Source: Minisyncoccota bacterium (GTDB taxonomy: Bacteria; Patescibacteriota; Minisyncoccia; Phycocordibacterales; SBAW01). From it: 64,000 nucleotides of DNA. The position numbers and the translations under genes are program-made. A model generated the notes under the pieces. It did not search any database, was not told the DNA's origin, and worked only from the letters and a program-made list of their open reading frames with translations. The DNA is taken from assembly GCA_035549255.1 (NCBI GenBank), contig DASZRD010000004.1:72667-136666 (forward strand). Direction: 5' to 3'. Below, in pieces: positions 60,968 through 64,000 of this stretch (position 1 is the stretch's first letter; the number at the start of each line of letters is the position of its first letter).

Positions 60968-61349
60968 GATAATCGCGTTTCCGGTATACGAACCAGTATA
61001 AGGCAACTGCTGGCAGCGTGCCTACACATGCATTAAAGAGGTCTTTCGTCGTGTCGAGCCAGTAGCCGGGCTCTCCGCGCGTGATGCCGCTTGAATATTC
61101 GAACAATTCCCAGAAGGTGCCGACCCCAAGCGCCAGGAAAAATGCAAGCAGGAACATCTCGCCGAGCGTGAATTTATATTTTGCCGCCACTCCCCCCGCC
61201 CACGAGCCGATCGCCATGCCGGCAAGGAGATGCAAAGGGATGTCATACCACGGATAACGCCAGAACAGGCTGTTGGCAATCACGAACCAATAGAGGCCGC
61301 CGGTCGCCGCGGCGAACAGGAGCGCGAGGAAATTGAAAACGTGTCTCAT
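60960..61349 (-). CDS. Hypothetical 4-TM membrane protein
   Basis: It was trimmed to start at MRHVFNFLALLF. It is hydrophobic. Confidence 0.5.
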   Translation of the reverse strand: MRHVFNFLALLFAAATGGLYWFVIANSLFWRYPWYDIPLHLLAGMAIGSWAGGVAAKYKFTLGEMFLLAFFLALGVGTFWELFEYSSGITRGEPGYWLDTTKDLFNACVGTLPAVALYWFVYRKRDYHG

Positions 61350-61562
61350 TATAAAAACAGGCGATCCTTCACGCAAAACGCCCGCTCCGGCCGCAACAGG
61401 CCGACGGACGTTCTGTGTCGGACTCCGGAAGTAAGTGTCTACTTTTGTGCAAAGTGGGTGTTCTAAGCGGTACACCACGGTGCCCCGCCACGCGAACTCC
61501 CTGTAGATCACTTAAGGACATTTACCTCCGCAGTCCTTCCCCAGTATAGCACACAGACCCTT

Positions 61563-62147
61563 TTACTCGTCGACGCCGAAGCGCTTGTATTTGAAAATCG
61601 ATGATTTGCCGAACCAGTGGTTGATTTCGTGCTTGGCCTCCTCCGGCGTCTCACTTGCGTGTATGAGGTTGTAGACCGCGCGGCGCTCCATATTGGCCGA
61701 TATCGCCGAATCCGCGGAGAAGTCGCCGCGGATCGTGCCCATCTCGGCGAGGTACGGCATCGTGGGGCCGACGATCTTGCGGACCATGTCGACCGCGTGC
61801 ACGCCCTGGACGACCATCTTGATCATCGGCGCCGACGACATGAAGTCGAGGAGCCATCCACGCACGGTGCGGCCCACGCGCACCAAGTCGGAAGTGCCGA
61901 AGTCGCGCTTCACGTCGTGGCCGTACTTGGCGTAGGTCGCCATGGTCTTCTCGCCCAGGCGGCGGATCCACGCCTCGTCTTTGGGGTAATGGTTGTCCAT
62001 GTCTTTGCGAGTCGCATGGAACATCTCGAGCGCCACGACCTTGAGGTCGCGCTGCTCGAAGCGCTTGATGATCTCGCCGACAAGGCCCTTGCGCACGCCG
62101 TCGGGCTTGATGAGGATAAACGTCTTCTCCTCCTTCGGGTTTTGCAT
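61563..62147 (-). CDS. ndk: Nucleoside diphosphate kinase-like protein (with ~50-aa insertion)
   Basis: FILIKPDGVRKGLVGEIIKRFE is NDK-like, and an active-site His is present. Confidence 0.75.
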   Translation of the reverse strand: MQNPKEEKTFILIKPDGVRKGLVGEIIKRFEQRDLKVVALEMFHATRKDMDNHYPKDEAWIRRLGEKTMATYAKYGHDVKRDFGTSDLVRVGRTVRGWLLDFMSSAPMIKMVVQGVHAVDMVRKIVGPTMPYLAEMGTIRGDFSADSAISANMERRAVYNLIHASETPEEAKHEINHWFGKSSIFKYKRFGVDE

Positions 62148-62176
62148 GCCCGCACTGTACAATATCCCGCGGTTTT

Positions 62177-62941
62177 CTACAACTGCGTCAAAATTTCGGG
62201 ACCCTCTTTGGTGATGAGGACCGTATGTTCAAAATGCGCTGCTCTAGAGCCATCTTTGGTCGTGTAGGTGAAGCCATCGCCCTTATCAATAAGATCGCCT
62301 TTGCCTTCGGCAAAAATAGGCTCAATCGCGATCACTAACCCTTCGACCAATTCAGCGCCCTCCCCCGCTTTGCCGAAGTTGGGCACGTCGGGGGCTTCGT
62401 GCACGGCGCGGCCGACTCCATGGCCCTGGAGGTCCTTCACGACGGCGAGCTTGTACTGGCGCGCAATCGCGGAGGCGACAGCGCCGATATCACCTGTATA
62501 CGCGCCAAACTTCGCGGAGGCAATAGCCGCATCCAGCGCCACGCGCGTACCAGCAATCAGATTCTCGCCTTTTTTGTCGGTGCCTCCTACCGCAACGGTG
62601 TAAGCAGTATCCATATACATGCCTTGATAGATAAGGCCAAAATCGATCGAGACAATATCACCTTCACGTAAAATTTTATCGGGTGCGGGCGGGCTGTGCG
62701 CAATATCTTCATTGATAGACACGCATAGCGCGGCGGGATATGCCACTTTGTCACCTTTATTTTTGTAGCCGAGATACGCCGGAGCAGCATCCTGGCGCTT
62801 AGTCTCCGCGCGAGCGACATCCTCGAGCTCCATCGAAGAGACGCCCGGCGCCACGCGCGCAAGCACGGCTTCCACGACCTTGGCCATGCGCTTCCCTGCT
62901 TCGCGCAGGGCCTCTATTTCTTTTTCGTTTTTCGCTATCAT
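62177..62941 (-). CDS. map: Methionine aminopeptidase type I
   Basis: The pita-bread fold and metal ligands (D...D...H...E...E) are present. Confidence 0.92.
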   Translation of the reverse strand: MIAKNEKEIEALREAGKRMAKVVEAVLARVAPGVSSMELEDVARAETKRQDAAPAYLGYKNKGDKVAYPAALCVSINEDIAHSPPAPDKILREGDIVSIDFGLIYQGMYMDTAYTVAVGGTDKKGENLIAGTRVALDAAIASAKFGAYTGDIGAVASAIARQYKLAVVKDLQGHGVGRAVHEAPDVPNFGKAGEGAELVEGLVIAIEPIFAEGKGDLIDKGDGFTYTTKDGSRAAHFEHTVLITKEGPEILTQL

Positions 62942-63531
62942 GCCAAACCAAGCGCCTTGTCCACATCAGCATGTACCTCCTCGATACTGCGCTCGCCATT
63001 AATTTCGGCAACACGGTAAGCAGCATTCCCGCGGAACCACGCGAGAATGGGCTCCATATGCTCGCGCGTCCAGGCAAGGCGCGCGCGGATGCCCTCCTCG
63101 GTGTCGTCCGCACGGCCGCGCTTGAGGAGGCGCCTAACCGCTTCTTCGTCAGAAATGTTTATGTAGACTACGACCGGCTGCTCGCGCTTATAAAATCGGA
63201 GTGCAGAGTCGAGAATGGGAACCTGGTCCTCGGTACGGGGGAAACCGTCGATGAGCAGGTGCTCGTTCCCTTTCATCTCCCGCATGAGCTGGTCGGCAAA
63301 CACATGCACGCTCAAGAAGGTTGGCAAGAGGCCGCCCTTATCGATTATTGAGCGATTAAGGTCGGCAGTGTAGCTCTTCTCCTCGACAAACGCGCGCAGT
63401 TGCTTGCCGGCCGAGAAGTAGAGCACTTGGCGCGACGGATCGTTCTTCTGAAGATGCGCTTCAAGCAGCTCGGCATGCGTGCCCTTGCCGCATCCCTGCG
63501 GGCCTAAAAAGATTGCCGTAAGCGGTTCCAT
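62938..63531 (-). CDS. adk: Adenylate kinase (short form, no zinc lid)
   Basis: The P-loop is GPQGCGKGT. Confidence 0.92.
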   Translation of the reverse strand: MEPLTAIFLGPQGCGKGTHAELLEAHLQKNDPSRQVLYFSAGKQLRAFVEEKSYTADLNRSIIDKGGLLPTFLSVHVFADQLMREMKGNEHLLIDGFPRTEDQVPILDSALRFYKREQPVVVYINISDEEAVRRLLKRGRADDTEEGIRARLAWTREHMEPILAWFRGNAAYRVAEINGERSIEEVHADVDKALGLA

Positions 63532-63543
63532 AGCGCCATCCTA

Positions 63544-64000
63544 TCACGCGGCGAGCTCCCGTATAGTGTGCACAAAATCCCGCTTGGCCTGCTCGAGGTT
63601 GCCGTCGAAATTCTCAATCACGCGGGTCGCCTGCGGCTTAAACGCAGTCTCGTCCTCATAGCGCTTCCGGCGCGCGAGAATCTCCACATCGCTGATGGGC
63701 GCGCGGGAGCGAATACGCTGCTCGAGCGTCTCCCACGAGCCCGCATCGATGAATATCATGCGCAATACTGCGGACGGAATGATTGCCGCAATCTGCCGCG
63801 CGCCCTGGACCTCGACTTCGCGCACGACCAACTTCCCTTCTTCAAGCGGCGGCAGGACTTCGCCCTTGAGCACGCCGTAATAATTGCCGCCGTAGGATGC
63901 CCATTCGAGGAATTCTCCCGCAGCCTCGCGGCGCTCAAACTCCTCTTTGCTTACGAAAAAATACTTCTCCCCTTCTGCTTCGCCCGGGCGAGGCGCTCGC
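63544..64000 (-). CDS. gmk: Guanylate kinase, partial (5' end beyond window)
   Basis: The in-frame upstream translation continues as ...ELEWASYGGNYYGVLKGEV with no stop, matching the guanylate-kinase core. The track ORF start is a GTG. Confidence 0.75.
   Translation of the reverse strand, partial: RAPRPGEAEGEKYFFVSKEEFERREAAGEFLEWASYGGNYYGVLKGEVLPPLEEGKLVVREVEVQGARQIAAIIPSAVLRMIFIDAGSWETLEQRIRSRAPISDVEILARRKRYEDETAFKPQATRVIENFDGNLEQAKRDFVHTIRELAA

Overview
High-GC (~60%) bacterial chromosomal segment, densely coding and mostly on the minus strand. The gene content is a reduced, monoderm-like set and may be Patescibacteria/CPR-like, but this is not provable from sequence alone. Housekeeping genes: pyrG, ftsE/ftsX, prfB, a DEAD-box helicase, gatC/gatA, ligA, recG, pyrB, ftsH, smpB with an ssrA/tmRNA that the ORF track does not show, infC-rpmI-rplT, a beta-CASP RNase-J-like gene, ndk, map, adk and a partial gmk. 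There are nine tRNAs: Gln-CTG, two Thr, a Met/Asp pair, initiator Met, Ser-GCT and an unusual Ile-UAU. A ~12 kb secretin-less type IV pilus/competence-pilus locus (15.9-27.9 kb) encodes pilM-N-O, a PilP-like gene, pilB, pilT, pilC, two tandem major pilins, pilD and four minor pilins, with a divergent comFC. Accessory content: two paralogous giant secreted alpha/beta-hydrolase proteins, the second with a low-GC C-terminal cassette plus a downstream membrane gene (polymorphic-toxin-like); a membrane sensor-HAMP-trehalose-6-P-synthase fusion; an ECF sigma next to a ParB-like protein beside tRNA-Ser; a sigma/anti-sigma pair; an HxlR plus LUD pair; a membrane HEPN/DUF4145-like protein; and a low-GC three-gene island (HigB-like toxin, long HTH antitoxin, unknown 167-aa protein) after rplT. 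Many long antisense ORFs in the track are GC artefacts. No CRISPR array, rRNA or recognisable integrase/transposase was found.
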